Shown here piece by piece: positions 1 to 12,794 of a stretch of 64,000 nucleotides of DNA (the first letter of the stretch is position 1; each line of letters begins with the position of its first letter). The translations under genes were made by a program, and so were the position numbers. Under the pieces are notes generated by a model. It was given only the letters and a program-made list of their open reading frames with translations. It did no database searches and was not told the DNA's origin. This DNA is from an uncultured Alphaproteobacteria bacterium (GTDB lineage Bacteria > Pseudomonadota > Alphaproteobacteria > HIMB59). The stretch covers positions 10,430 through 74,429 of the forward strand of contig CACMXD010000001.1 in the NCBI GenBank assembly GCA_902617485.1, in the 5' to 3' direction.

Positions 1-2
1 AC

Positions 3-569
3 AAAACAAATTTGTTTGAAACTAGAGGTGTTCCAGGTACCCACAATTTAAAATTACTTAGTCAAACAATAAGAAATCTTAAAAGTAATAAATTTCCATT
101 ATTTCTTCCAGTTTTTGATAAAGTAGCTGATAATAAGAAAAAATATCAAAGAAAAGTAAATAAAGCAGATTTAATTATTTTAGAGGGTTGGTGTGTTGGT
201 TCAAAACCAATAGACTCAAATTATTTAAAAAAAAATATAAATGATCTAGAAAAGATAGAAGACTCTAATTTATTATGGAGAACTTCTTATAATAAGGCTT
301 TAGTTGAATATCAAAAAGTTTTTAAAAAATTTAGTTATTTTATTTTCATTAAAATACCAAACTGGAAATTTGTAATTGATTGGAAATATAAACAAGAATT
401 AGGTCTTCGCTCTTCTAATAGTAATAATCATTTAAAAAAGAAACTATATAGATTTATACAATTTTATGAAAAATTAACTAAATGGATGTTTGTAACTTCA
501 CCTAGTGATTGCAATGTATTAATAACTTTAGATAAAAAACAAATAGCAAAAAAAATTACATATAAATGA
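3..569 (+). CDS. P-loop kinase, probably GLYK-type D-glycerate kinase (5' part outside window)
   Basis: TRGVPGTH, PVFDKVAD and IILEGWCVG motifs of the GLYK/uridine-kinase-like family; frame open to the window edge; overlaps next gene (ATGA). Confidence 0.65.
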   Translation, partial: KTNLFETRGVPGTHNLKLLSQTIRNLKSNKFPLFLPVFDKVADNKKKYQRKVNKADLIILEGWCVGSKPIDSNYLKKNINDLEKIEDSNLLWRTSYNKALVEYQKVFKKFSYFIFIKIPNWKFVIDWKYKQELGLRSSNSNNHLKKKLYRFIQFYEKLTKWMFVTSPSDCNVLITLDKKQIAKKITYK

Positions 570-1399
570 AAAGATATCTTATTTTTACTGATCTTGATGG
601 AACTCTTCTAGATCATGATAATTATTCATTTGGAAATAATAAGCAAATGATCTCTAAAATTATTAATAACAAAAATGAAATTATTTTTAACACCAGTAAA
701 ACATTCAATGAATGTAAAAAATTGCTTAAAGAATTGAAATTATCAAATATGCCCTTTAGTACTGAAAATGGAGCAGTATTATATTTTCCTAAAATAAGAT
801 TTAATAAAATTAAAAACTCATTTTCTTTTGAAAAATATTGGAAAGTAAGAATTGCCAAATTATCCTCAAAGGTTTGGCATCAATTTTTAAAACAGAAACA
901 GAAAAAATATAATTTTTTAATTGCCCAGGATCTTTCACCTAATATTTTAAAAAGATACACGAATTTGAATAATACAAATATGATGTTGGATCGTGAGGCT
1001 AGCCAAATTATTCTTTGGAATGATAATCTAACAAACTTAAAATTATTCAAAAAAGAGCTTAAATTTGAAAAAAATGGAATATTTATAAAAGGTAGTAGGT
1101 TCATGCAAATTTCCTCTATATGCAACAAAAGAATAGCTAAAAAGCTAATATCTCATGTTTATGATATTCAATTTCGTGATAAATACTCAAGGAATACTAT
1201 TGCTTTGGGTGATAGTAGAAATGATATTGACATGTTAAATTCTTGTAAATACTCCTGCCTAATTAAAAATTCTTCTGGCGCATATCCAAAATTGCGCTCA
1301 AATAAAAAAAATGTTTTTAAATCATCAAAGCTAGCACCTGACGGTTGGTGTCAAGTCCTGTATAAATTAAATAAAACAATAGATAATAAGATTTTTTAA
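566..1399 (+). CDS. gpgP: HAD-IIB glucosyl/mannosyl-3-phosphoglycerate phosphatase
   Basis: FTDLDGTLLD, NTSKT, ENGA and ALGDSRND motifs; next to gpgS. Confidence 0.8.
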   Translation: MKRYLIFTDLDGTLLDHDNYSFGNNKQMISKIINNKNEIIFNTSKTFNECKKLLKELKLSNMPFSTENGAVLYFPKIRFNKIKNSFSFEKYWKVRIAKLSSKVWHQFLKQKQKKYNFLIAQDLSPNILKRYTNLNNTNMMLDREASQIILWNDNLTNLKLFKKELKFEKNGIFIKGSRFMQISSICNKRIAKKLISHVYDIQFRDKYSRNTIALGDSRNDIDMLNSCKYSCLIKNSSGAYPKLRSNKKNVFKSSKLAPDGWCQVLYKLNKTIDNKIF

Positions 1400-1401
1400 C
1401 C

Positions 1402-2613
1402 ATGCCTGACTTTCATCAAAATGGCGTTATAGCTACTCTTCATAATTTTAATTCGAAACCCATAGAGGAAATAGAAAAAGAACTTTTAGATTTTTCAAAA
1501 GTTTCACCCATGACTTTAATTCTTCCTTCTTTGTATTCAGAATTAGAAAAGCCAGCATTAACCTATATTGTGAATACTTTAAAAAAAGTTAAATACATTA
1601 AAAATATTGTTATTGGTTTAGATCAAGCCAATAAACAAGAATTCATAAAAGCTAAAAAATTTTTTTCAGTGCTGCCTCAAAAAAAATATATTCTTTGGAA
1701 CGATGGACCTAAATTAAAAAAAATAGATCAACATTTATCTAAAATGGATCTTGCTCCTGCTGAAAAGGGGAAAGGAAGAAATATTTGGTACTGTATGGGA
1801 TTTGTAATTTCTTTGAAAGAGTCGGGATCGGTTGCAATGCACGATTGCGATATAGTCACCTATGATAAAAATTTAGTAGCAAAACTCTTTTACCCCGTTG
1901 CTAATCCAAAATTTTCATTTGATTTTTGTAAGGGCTTTTATCCTAGGGTTGCTCAAAAATCTATGAATGGAAGAGTGACAAGATTATTAGTTACGCCTTT
2001 AGTTAAATCTCTACAGAAAATGGTTGGATTTAATGAATATTTAAATTTCTTAGATATATTTAAATATCCTCTAGCAGGTGAATTTTCATTTAAATATAAT
2101 TTATTGAATGACATAAGAATTCCACATGATTGGGGCCTTGAAATAGGAATACTTTCTGAAATGTATAGGAACTTTGCTAATAATAAAATTTGCCAGGTAG
2201 ATATAGCAGATACCTATGAACATAAACACCAAGAGGTCTCTAAAAATAATCGTCAAAAGGGTTTATCTAAAATGACTATAGATATTTCTAAAGCTTTATT
2301 TAGAAAATTAGCTACACAGGGTCATGTATTTTCTAATGAGAAGTTTAGAACACTTAAAGCAACATATTATAGATTAGCCCTTGATATGGTTCAGATTTAT
2401 AAAACAGATGCAGAGATGAATGGATTAAACTTTGATGTCCACAAAGAAGAGGAAATGGTTGAGCTCTTTGCACAAAATATTATTGAAGCAGGAAAAATAT
2501 TCCTAGACTCACCAAGTGAAAATCCAAATATACCAACTTGGAGAAGAGTTGATAGTGCTGACCCAACTATTTTAAAATCTTTTAATGATGCTGTCATGGA
2601 AGATAACACCTAA
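1402..2613 (+). CDS. gpgS: Glucosyl-3-phosphoglycerate synthase (cyanobacterial/marine type)
   Basis: DFHQNGVIATLH N-terminus, GKGRNIW, HDCDI, YPLAGEF, DWGLEIG, YEHKHQ. Confidence 0.85.
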   Translation: MPDFHQNGVIATLHNFNSKPIEEIEKELLDFSKVSPMTLILPSLYSELEKPALTYIVNTLKKVKYIKNIVIGLDQANKQEFIKAKKFFSVLPQKKYILWNDGPKLKKIDQHLSKMDLAPAEKGKGRNIWYCMGFVISLKESGSVAMHDCDIVTYDKNLVAKLFYPVANPKFSFDFCKGFYPRVAQKSMNGRVTRLLVTPLVKSLQKMVGFNEYLNFLDIFKYPLAGEFSFKYNLLNDIRIPHDWGLEIGILSEMYRNFANNKICQVDIADTYEHKHQEVSKNNRQKGLSKMTIDISKALFRKLATQGHVFSNEKFRTLKATYYRLALDMVQIYKTDAEMNGLNFDVHKEEEMVELFAQNIIEAGKIFLDSPSENPNIPTWRRVDSADPTILKSFNDAVMEDNT

Positions 2614-4339
2614 AGTGCAAGAAGAATTAAAAAATAATCTAAACATACATTTTCAAATAATTTACAAGGATATATTAGATCAAAACGAAATTTTAAAACT
2701 AATTAATAGAGTTCTTGATTTATTTCAAAATAAAGACCTAGGTATTTCTGAACCTAATTGGTCTCATAAAGATGTTTTCTTAATTACGTATGGTGATTCA
2801 ATATATGAAGAAAAAAATAATAAATTAAAAACTTTAAGCAAGTTCTTAGATAAGTATTGTAAAAAACAATTCAACAATTTACACATTCTACCTTTTTTTC
2901 CTTACAGTTCAGATGATGGATTTTCTATAACTGATTATGAAGAAGTAAGGTCTGATTTAGGTGATTGGAAAGATATTAAATCATTATCAAAAAATTTTAG
3001 GATAATGAGTGATATTGTTATTAACCATGCATCTATTGAAAGTAAATATTTTAAATCTTTTATTGAGAATAAAACTGAAACACAAAATTTTTTTATAAAA
3101 CTTAAAAATAAACAAGGTTATGACCAAGTTGTTCGCCCTAGAAGCTCAGATCTTTTTAGAGAATTTGAAATTAATAAAGAAATTTATTATTTATGGTGTA
3201 CTTTCAGCCACGATCAAGTTGACTTTAATTTTAAAAATCCTGAGGTTTTATTTTTCTTCATAAAATTAATTCATTTATATCTTAAAAATGGTGTTAGAGT
3301 TTTTAGATTAGATGCCATTGCATTCCTTTGGAAAGAACATGACACCAACTGTCTAAATTTACCACAGACTCATGAAGTTGTGAAATTAATGAGAACACTT
3401 CTCAATGCTTTTAGTAAAAATACTTTACTTATAACTGAAACAAATTTACCTAATTTAGAAAATCTTAGTTATTTCGGTGAAAACGATGAAGCAAATGCTG
3501 TATACAACTTTGCCTTACCACCCTTGCTACTGTGGACTCTTGTGATGGGTGATAGCACAGCTCTTCGTAAATGGTCTATGGGCATGCCTCCTGCAAAAGA
3601 TCATACATCTTATTTCAATTTCATAGCCTCTCATGATGGTATTGGCCTGAGACCGACAGAGGGAATTTTAACAGAAAAAGAAAGAAATAACTTAGTCGAT
3701 ATCATGACCGATTTTGGAGCAAAAACTACCAAAAGAAAAATAACAGATAACACCGAGACTGTTTATGAAATAAATATCTCACTCATAGATTCTATGAAAG
3801 GAACATTTCAAGGAAGTGATCATTTGCAAATTGAAAGATTTATTTGTTGCCATGCAATAATGCTAGGACTCGAGGGAATACCAGCATTTTACATACATAG
3901 TATTTTGGGCTCAACAAATGACTATGAAAAGTTAGAGCAAACGAAAAATAATAGATCTATAAATAGAAGATCTTGGAAGTATGATGAAATTGATGGATTG
4001 CTTACAAACACTGATAGTTTTAATTCAAAAATATATAATCAATTATCAAAATTAATCGATATTAGAAAAAACCAATCTGCATTTCATCCAAATGCTACAC
4101 AATTTACATTTAATTTGGGTAAAAATTTTTTTGGCTTTTGGAGACAAAGTCATGACAAAAGGCAATCAATATTTTGTGTAAGCAATGTAACTAATGTGTT
4201 CCAATATTTAGATTTGTCAGAATTAAATCTAATTGCGTCAAATGAATGGTGGGATTTAATCTCTAATGAGATAATTATTGATATCAAATCAACAATTACC
4301 TTAAAGGCCTATCAAACCATGTGGATTACAAATTATTAA
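2585..4339 (+). CDS. GH13_18 sugar phosphorylase, probably glucosylglycerate phosphorylase (start may be GTG 2615)
   Basis: LITYGD, HILPFFPYSSDDGF, WCTFSHDQVD, RLDAIAFLWK, ITETN, ASHDGIG, YEIN, NRSINR; context with gpgP/gpgS. Confidence 0.8.
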   Translation: MMLSWKITPKVQEELKNNLNIHFQIIYKDILDQNEILKLINRVLDLFQNKDLGISEPNWSHKDVFLITYGDSIYEEKNNKLKTLSKFLDKYCKKQFNNLHILPFFPYSSDDGFSITDYEEVRSDLGDWKDIKSLSKNFRIMSDIVINHASIESKYFKSFIENKTETQNFFIKLKNKQGYDQVVRPRSSDLFREFEINKEIYYLWCTFSHDQVDFNFKNPEVLFFFIKLIHLYLKNGVRVFRLDAIAFLWKEHDTNCLNLPQTHEVVKLMRTLLNAFSKNTLLITETNLPNLENLSYFGENDEANAVYNFALPPLLLWTLVMGDSTALRKWSMGMPPAKDHTSYFNFIASHDGIGLRPTEGILTEKERNNLVDIMTDFGAKTTKRKITDNTETVYEINISLIDSMKGTFQGSDHLQIERFICCHAIMLGLEGIPAFYIHSILGSTNDYEKLEQTKNNRSINRRSWKYDEIDGLLTNTDSFNSKIYNQLSKLIDIRKNQSAFHPNATQFTFNLGKNFFGFWRQSHDKRQSIFCVSNVTNVFQYLDLSELNLIASNEWWDLISNEIIIDIKSTITLKAYQTMWITNY

Positions 4340-4346
4340 TTAAAGA

Positions 4347-4365
4347 TTATGTCTTTTCGACATAA
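4347..4365 (+). terminator. Short hairpin after the glucosylglycerate cluster
   Basis: ttatgtc-ttttc-gacataa 7-bp perfect stem 7 nt after the stop; no immediate U tract. Confidence 0.3.
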
Positions 4366-4426
4366 GCCCTAAAACTGAGACTTTTTTTCTATTACTTTCA
4401 TTAAAAAATTTGTGTTATATTTTGGT

Positions 4427-5740
4427 ATGACCGATCCTAAAACATACAAATTTAACACTAAAACCTTACATAGTGGGCATCAGCCAGATAAAAATTTTGG
4501 CTCTCGTGCCGTTCCAATTTATCAAACAACATCATACTTATTCCAAGATGCAGATCACGCAGCTGCTTTATTTAATCTAGAAGAGGGTGGACATATCTAT
4601 AGCAGAATATCCAATCCTACTATATCTGTTCTTGAAGAAAGAGTTGCAGCTTTAGAGGGCGGCTCTGCTGCTTTAGCTACTGCCTCTGGTATGAGTGCAA
4701 TGATGCTAGCTCTTCTAAATATTTGTAGTGCAGGTGATCATATTGTTTCCTCATCGCAGTTGTATGGTGGCTCTTTTAACTTACTGAGACTAACTTTAAA
4801 AAGATTTGGCATTGAAACAACATTTGTTAAACCTAGAGACACAGAGGGTTTTAAAAAAGCAATTCAACCAAATACAAAATGTATTTGGGGTGAGTTGATT
4901 GGTAATCCTGGCATAGAAATTATGGATTTACCTGAAATTTCCAAAATAGCAAAGGACGCAGGTATTCCTTTAATGGTCGATGGAACATTTAACACACCAT
5001 ATTTGTGTAATCTTTTTGAATTAGGTGCAGATATAATCACACACTCTTTAACAAAATGGATGGCAGGTCATGGAACTTCTATGGGTGGTATAATTGTTGA
5101 AAAGGGTGACTTTGATTGGACTAAGGGAGATAAGTTCCCAACAATGACTGAGCCATATGATGGTTATCACGGTCTTTCTTTTGCAGAAGAATTTGGTCCA
5201 GCAGCATTTACTATGAGAGCAAGGGCAGAGGGCATGAGAGACTTTGGTCCATGTATGAGTCCAACAAACGCATTTAATATTTTAATAGGAATAGAAACTC
5301 TTTCAGTGAGAATGGAAAAGCATTTATCCAATACTAAAATAATGGTTGATTACTTAAGTAACAATCCAAGTGTTTCTTGGGTAAATCATCCAAGCTTACC
5401 GGATCACCCTGATCATAAAGTTGCTGCAAAATTAATGCCTAAGGGCGCTGGCTCAATGATAGCGTTTGGAATTAAGGGGGGCAAAGAAGCTGGTCACGCG
5501 TTTATAAACTCTTTAAAACTAACATCACATTTAGCTAACGTTGGTGACGCAAAATCATTAGTTATCCATCCAGCATCCGCAACTCACTCTCAAATGGATA
5601 AAAAATCATTAGAGTTGGCAGGCCTAACTGAAGATATGATACGTTTTTCTGTTGGCTTGGAGGACATGGATGACATCATTAATGACTTTGAAAATGGTTT
5701 CAGAGCATCTCAAAAGCCAAGACTTGTAGCTTCTAAATGA
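4427..5740 (+). CDS. metY: O-acetylhomoserine aminocarboxypropyltransferase/sulfhydrylase (MetY family)
   Basis: AVPIYQTTSY, HIYSRISNPT, HSLTKW (PLP lysine), LANVGDAKSLVIHPASATHSQ. Confidence 0.85.
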   Translation: MTDPKTYKFNTKTLHSGHQPDKNFGSRAVPIYQTTSYLFQDADHAAALFNLEEGGHIYSRISNPTISVLEERVAALEGGSAALATASGMSAMMLALLNICSAGDHIVSSSQLYGGSFNLLRLTLKRFGIETTFVKPRDTEGFKKAIQPNTKCIWGELIGNPGIEIMDLPEISKIAKDAGIPLMVDGTFNTPYLCNLFELGADIITHSLTKWMAGHGTSMGGIIVEKGDFDWTKGDKFPTMTEPYDGYHGLSFAEEFGPAAFTMRARAEGMRDFGPCMSPTNAFNILIGIETLSVRMEKHLSNTKIMVDYLSNNPSVSWVNHPSLPDHPDHKVAAKLMPKGAGSMIAFGIKGGKEAGHAFINSLKLTSHLANVGDAKSLVIHPASATHSQMDKKSLELAGLTEDMIRFSVGLEDMDDIINDFENGFRASQKPRLVASK

Positions 5741-6546
5741 AGCTAAAAGTTAATGGAAAAGAGGCATATTACACATCCAGTGGAAGAGAAATAGATAAAA
5801 ATCAACCCTCGATTGTATTTGTTCATGGTAGTGGTTTGAGCCACGTTACATGGGTGCTTCAAACAAGATACTTTGCATTTCACGGTTACAATACAATTGC
5901 GGTAGATTTACCTGGCCATGGTGACTCCGAGGGACCACCATTAAAAACTATTGAAGAGATGGCTGATTGGGTTGCAGACCTGTTAACAGCTTTGGGCATT
6001 GAGAAAGCCTCATATGTTGGTCATTCTCAAGGATGTTTGGTGGGATTAGAATTTGCACAAAGACATCCTGAAAAATTAGATTTACTGGCATTAATCAACG
6101 GATCTATGTCAATGAAGATGAACACTGAACTTTTAGACTTAGCATTAAATAAAGATCAAAAAGCTGTTGATCTCATGATGGATTGGGTGCATGGACCTTT
6201 AGGTCATAAAGGTGGTCATCCTGTTCCAGGATTAAGTCATTTAGGTATGGGCGGTCAGTTGGTATCTTCAAATAATGACGGCACGCTTGGTGCTGACTTC
6301 AATGCTTGCGATAAATACACTAATGGTGAAACTGCTGCTAAAAGTATTAAACACCCAACTTTATGTATTGTAGGCAAACATGATAAAATGACTCCTAAAA
6401 AAGTGGGTCTAGAATTGGCTTCAAATATAGAGGGTTCAAAAACAGTCGTTTTAGAAGAGTCTGGTCATATGTCAATTTTAGAAACAGCGAGTGAAACTAA
6501 AAATATTTTAAAAAATTTTTTTAAAGAAAATAGCCGTGCTTCATAA
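5737..6546 (+). CDS. Alpha/beta fold hydrolase
   Basis: FVHGSG, DLPGHGDS, GHSQG nucleophile elbow, G-x-HDKMT acid, SGH His; ATGA overlap with metY. Confidence 0.85.
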   Translation: MKLKVNGKEAYYTSSGREIDKNQPSIVFVHGSGLSHVTWVLQTRYFAFHGYNTIAVDLPGHGDSEGPPLKTIEEMADWVADLLTALGIEKASYVGHSQGCLVGLEFAQRHPEKLDLLALINGSMSMKMNTELLDLALNKDQKAVDLMMDWVHGPLGHKGGHPVPGLSHLGMGGQLVSSNNDGTLGADFNACDKYTNGETAAKSIKHPTLCIVGKHDKMTPKKVGLELASNIEGSKTVVLEESGHMSILETASETKNILKNFFKENSRAS

Positions 6547-6880
6547 AGGATCGTGTCATTGTAAAGCTATTGAGTTTGAGATTGACTCTGATCTTGAAAA
6601 AATAATGCAATGCAATTGCTCCATTTGTATTAGAAAAAATGCAAAAATGATAATGGTTCCTAAATCTAATTTTAAACTTTTAAAGGGAAAAGAGGATCTA
6701 TCTCTTTATCAATTTAATCTAAACTTAGCTGAACATTTTTTTTGTAAGCATTGCGGGATATACACTCACCACAATAGAAGAACTGATCCAAACGGTATGG
6801 GAATTAATCTAGGGTGCTTAGATGATGTAGACCCATTAGACTATGAAGCTGGTCTCAATGACGGAAGAAAACTATCCTAG
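6536..6880 (+). CDS. GFA/CENP-V family Zn protein
   Basis: GSCHC, CNCSIC and HFFCKHCGI Zn motifs. Confidence 0.85.
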   Translation: MLHKGSCHCKAIEFEIDSDLEKIMQCNCSICIRKNAKMIMVPKSNFKLLKGKEDLSLYQFNLNLAEHFFCKHCGIYTHHNRRTDPNGMGINLGCLDDVDPLDYEAGLNDGRKLS

Positions 6881-6902
6881 TCAGATCTTGATTTTAATAT
6901 AA

Positions 6903-9921
<3,019 letters not shown>

Positions 9922-9925
<4 letters not shown>

Positions 9926-10350
9926 ATTTAGATATTTCAAAATTATCAATTGATGAATTAAAAACATTTAAAAAATTTAATAGAGAATTTTTACCAAAAA
10001 TTAAAAAATTAGATTTTGATTTTGCTGATATGAAAAAAGGAGAATTAATGCTCATATCAACCCCAAAAGATATTATAAAATTTATTAAAAAAACTCCCTC
10101 TACCAAAAAGTATAACTTTAAGGATATTAGGCTAAAGTTAGCTAAAAAAAGAAAAGCGGATAACACTTGTCCAGTAACTTTTGGTATATTTTTAAGATTG
10201 GCAATAGAATATTCACTTATAGAAACAAAATATTTAAAACTTGAATACCCAAATTTTCCTTTTTGGAAAGTTGAATATGATAAAAAAAGTAATGTTTATA
10301 AAAAAATAAAAAATTTTAAAAATCTACTAAAGAAATATGATGGTCATTAA
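9922..10350 (+). CDS. MGMT/alkyltransferase-like DNA-binding protein (putative)
   Basis: MLISTP...IKKTP...IRLKLAKKRKADNTCPVTFGIFL...PFWKV pattern recalls MGMT-family/ATL proteins; no PCHR; ATG overlaps guaA stop. Confidence 0.5.
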
Positions 10351-10382
10351 ACTTACACAAAACTTACACACTTTTAAAAGTG
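10349..10382. repeat. 11-bp tandem direct repeat plus 14-bp palindrome
   Basis: aaacttacaca x2 (10349-10370), then cacttttaaaagtg (10369-10382). Confidence 0.8.
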
Positions 10383-10417
10383 GCTTCGGAATGTTTGATA
10401 TACAATGACTCTACAAA

Positions 10418-10440
10418 CATCTACTATTGAATGGGAATAA
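10418..10440 (+). repeat. Displaced copy of the guaA 3' end (att-like core)
   Basis: Encodes STIEWE-stop; differs from guaA only at GAG/GAA and TGA/TAA. Confidence 0.85.
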
Positions 10441-10483
10441 TTTAATACTTTAGATATTTTTAAAAAAATCTATTTTAATTATT

Positions 10484-11671
10484 GTGAAGCATGATTTTAA
10501 CAGAATTGATCGTTTACCTCCCTATATATTTGGAGAGATAAATAAACTTAAAGCAAAACTTAGAAAAAACGGTAAAGACATTATAGATTTTGGCATGGGA
10601 AATCCAGATATGCCAACACCTAAACATATAAGAGATAAATTAAAAGAAGTTACAGATAAACCTGGAACTGGAAGATATTCTGTAAGTAAAGGAATACCTG
10701 GACTAAGAAAAGCTCAAGCAAAATATTACCAGAAAAGATTTGGTGTAAAATTAAATCCTGATAGTGAAGTTATAGTAACTTTGGGTTCAAAAGAGGGCTT
10801 AGCTAACTTAGCTCAAGCAATTTCAACACCTGGAGACATTATTATTTCTCCCAACCCTTCATACCCTATACACCCTTATGGATTTATTATAGCAGGTGCA
10901 TCATTAAGACATTTACAGACAATGAAAGATGGAGTTTTTGATCCTGAAACCTATCTTGAAAGATTAGATCGATCTATAAGAAATAGTACTCCATCTCCAG
11001 TAGCTTTGATTGTATCATTCCCATCTAATCCAACAGCTCAAGTAGTTGACTTAAATTTTTATAAAGAAATAGTAAAGATGGCTTTAAAGTACAATGTTTA
11101 CGTTTTATCAGATCTTGCTTATGCAGAGATATACTTTGATAAAAAACCACCTCCCTCAATACTTCAAGTAAATAGAGCAAAAGAAATTGCAGTTGAATTT
11201 ACATCTATGTCAAAAACTTATGCTATGGCAGGTTGGAGAATAGGTTTTGCTGTTGGAAATAAAAAACTAATTGAAGCTCTTACAAAAATTAAATCTTACT
11301 TAGACTATGGTGCTTACACACCAGTGCAAGTTGCAGCAGCAACAGCTCTTAATGGTCCTCAAACCTGTGTTTCAAGTATTCGAGCAACTTATGAGAGTAG
11401 AAGAGATGTTTTAGTAGAGTCTATGTCAAGGTCTGGATGGGACATACCTAGTCCTTCGGCTAGTATGTTTGCATGGGCACCAATCCCTAAAAAGTACAAA
11501 AATAAAGGATCTTTAAAATTTGCAAAAGATTTAATGGTTAAAGCAAATGTAGCTGTTTCTCCTGGTATTGCTTTTGGCGAATACGGTGAAGGATTTGTTC
11601 GGATAGGACTAGTTGAAAATGAGCAAAGAATACGACAAGCAGCTAAAAATGTACGTAATCTTAGCCTTTAG
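10484..11671 (+). CDS. Class I/II PLP aminotransferase (AlaC/LL-DAP aminotransferase-like)
   Basis: RLPPYIF, IIDFGMGNPD, GSKEGL, PSNPT, SDLAY, SMSKTYAMAGWRIG. Confidence 0.9.
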   Translation: MKHDFNRIDRLPPYIFGEINKLKAKLRKNGKDIIDFGMGNPDMPTPKHIRDKLKEVTDKPGTGRYSVSKGIPGLRKAQAKYYQKRFGVKLNPDSEVIVTLGSKEGLANLAQAISTPGDIIISPNPSYPIHPYGFIIAGASLRHLQTMKDGVFDPETYLERLDRSIRNSTPSPVALIVSFPSNPTAQVVDLNFYKEIVKMALKYNVYVLSDLAYAEIYFDKKPPPSILQVNRAKEIAVEFTSMSKTYAMAGWRIGFAVGNKKLIEALTKIKSYLDYGAYTPVQVAAATALNGPQTCVSSIRATYESRRDVLVESMSRSGWDIPSPSASMFAWAPIPKKYKNKGSLKFAKDLMVKANVAVSPGIAFGEYGEGFVRIGLVENEQRIRQAAKNVRNLSL

Positions 11672-11707
11672 TTAAATAATAACTCATATTTCAAATTAAA
11701 TAAAATA

Positions 11708-11735
11708 TTGCTTATATTCTTGATAATTATATAAA
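11708..11735 (+). promoter_or_regulatory. Putative sigma70 promoter of the P-loop/argC/argB operon
   Basis: ttgctt (11708)-16 nt-tataaa (11730), 12 nt before ATG; no SD; weak evidence in AT-rich DNA. Confidence 0.35.
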
Positions 11736-11747
11736 ACCAACCTTAAG

Positions 11748-12794
11748 ATGATTAACACAAAAAAAATAGGCTCTGTTCTCAAAAACATCAATAATATTGA
11801 TGAATTGAGCATTTCAGATGTAATTGATTGTAATCAAGGTCAATTAATTGCTGTTAAAGTAATTTCAGTCAATCCAAACTATAATAAATTGGAGTTAGTC
11901 TCTGGAAGAATTACTGAATTAACTGAGGGAGATATTATCGTTGGTGCCTTGGGTAATAGAATTGCCTCCTCAGGAATGACAGGTTCTGTTCCAACTGAAT
12001 TAAATAAACACGACAAAATTCATATTTTAAATTTAGGAGGAGTTATCGGCAATTGTAAAGATTTTAATATTCTTCTGGGACCAGCTACAGAATGTGAAGT
12101 ACTAGGATCGGTTGTAGATAATAGTAACAAACAATTGAATCTAGTTGATTATTCAAAAATAACAGAAATGAAAATTAACCATAAAGTACCATCTATTGCA
12201 GTCATCGGAACAGGTATTGACTCTGGTAAAACTACTGTCACATCCTTTATTATCAAAAATCTTAGTAATTATTTTAAGAAAATTAATGCATGTAAACTAG
12301 CAGGTACCGCTTCACAAAAAGATTTATATTCTTATGAGGATAATGGTGCTTATAGAACATCAGATTTTGTAGATTACGGTCTGCCTAGTACCTGTATGAA
12401 TAATAAAAAAACCATACAAAGTTGTTCAGCATCAATTATTAGCAATATGTCTGAGGACGCTGAGATAATTCTAATGGAATTAGGTGATGGTTATCATGGC
12501 GATTATGGAACTAAAGAAATAATTCAAAATACTGATATTACAGAGTCAATTGAAGTAATTGTAATTTGCGCTTATGACGTATCAGGAGCAGTAAATATTA
12601 TAGAAAATTTAAAATCAAATAATTTAGACAGCAAATTACTGATAATAAGTGGCCCTGTAACTAATAATGTATCTGCTTATAAGCAATCAATTGATAAGTT
12701 TTCTATACCTAATTCAGACTTTTTAAATATTTATAATTCAACTAACCATGTCAATGTTTTCGCAAAGATAATTAATAGGATTAATAATGATTAA
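11748..12794 (+). CDS. Uncharacterised P-loop protein (BioD/DUF1611-like) heading the arg operon
   Basis: VIGTGIDSGKTTVT Walker A, ACKLAGT, DFVDYGLPST, ILMELGDG; N-terminal domain with GDIIVGALGNR and LNLGGVIG; overlaps argC by 8 nt. Confidence 0.7.
   Translation: MINTKKIGSVLKNINNIDELSISDVIDCNQGQLIAVKVISVNPNYNKLELVSGRITELTEGDIIVGALGNRIASSGMTGSVPTELNKHDKIHILNLGGVIGNCKDFNILLGPATECEVLGSVVDNSNKQLNLVDYSKITEMKINHKVPSIAVIGTGIDSGKTTVTSFIIKNLSNYFKKINACKLAGTASQKDLYSYEDNGAYRTSDFVDYGLPSTCMNNKKTIQSCSASIISNMSEDAEIILMELGDGYHGDYGTKEIIQNTDITESIEVIVICAYDVSGAVNIIENLKSNNLDSKLLIISGPVTNNVSAYKQSIDKFSIPNSDFLNIYNSTNHVNVFAKIINRINND

Noticed and set aside
4340-4426. SAM-V/SAM-II riboswitch upstream of metY, as in SAR11
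   Set aside because: No recognisable SAM-II/V core or pseudoknot; only a 7-bp hairpin. An Infernal scan would settle it.
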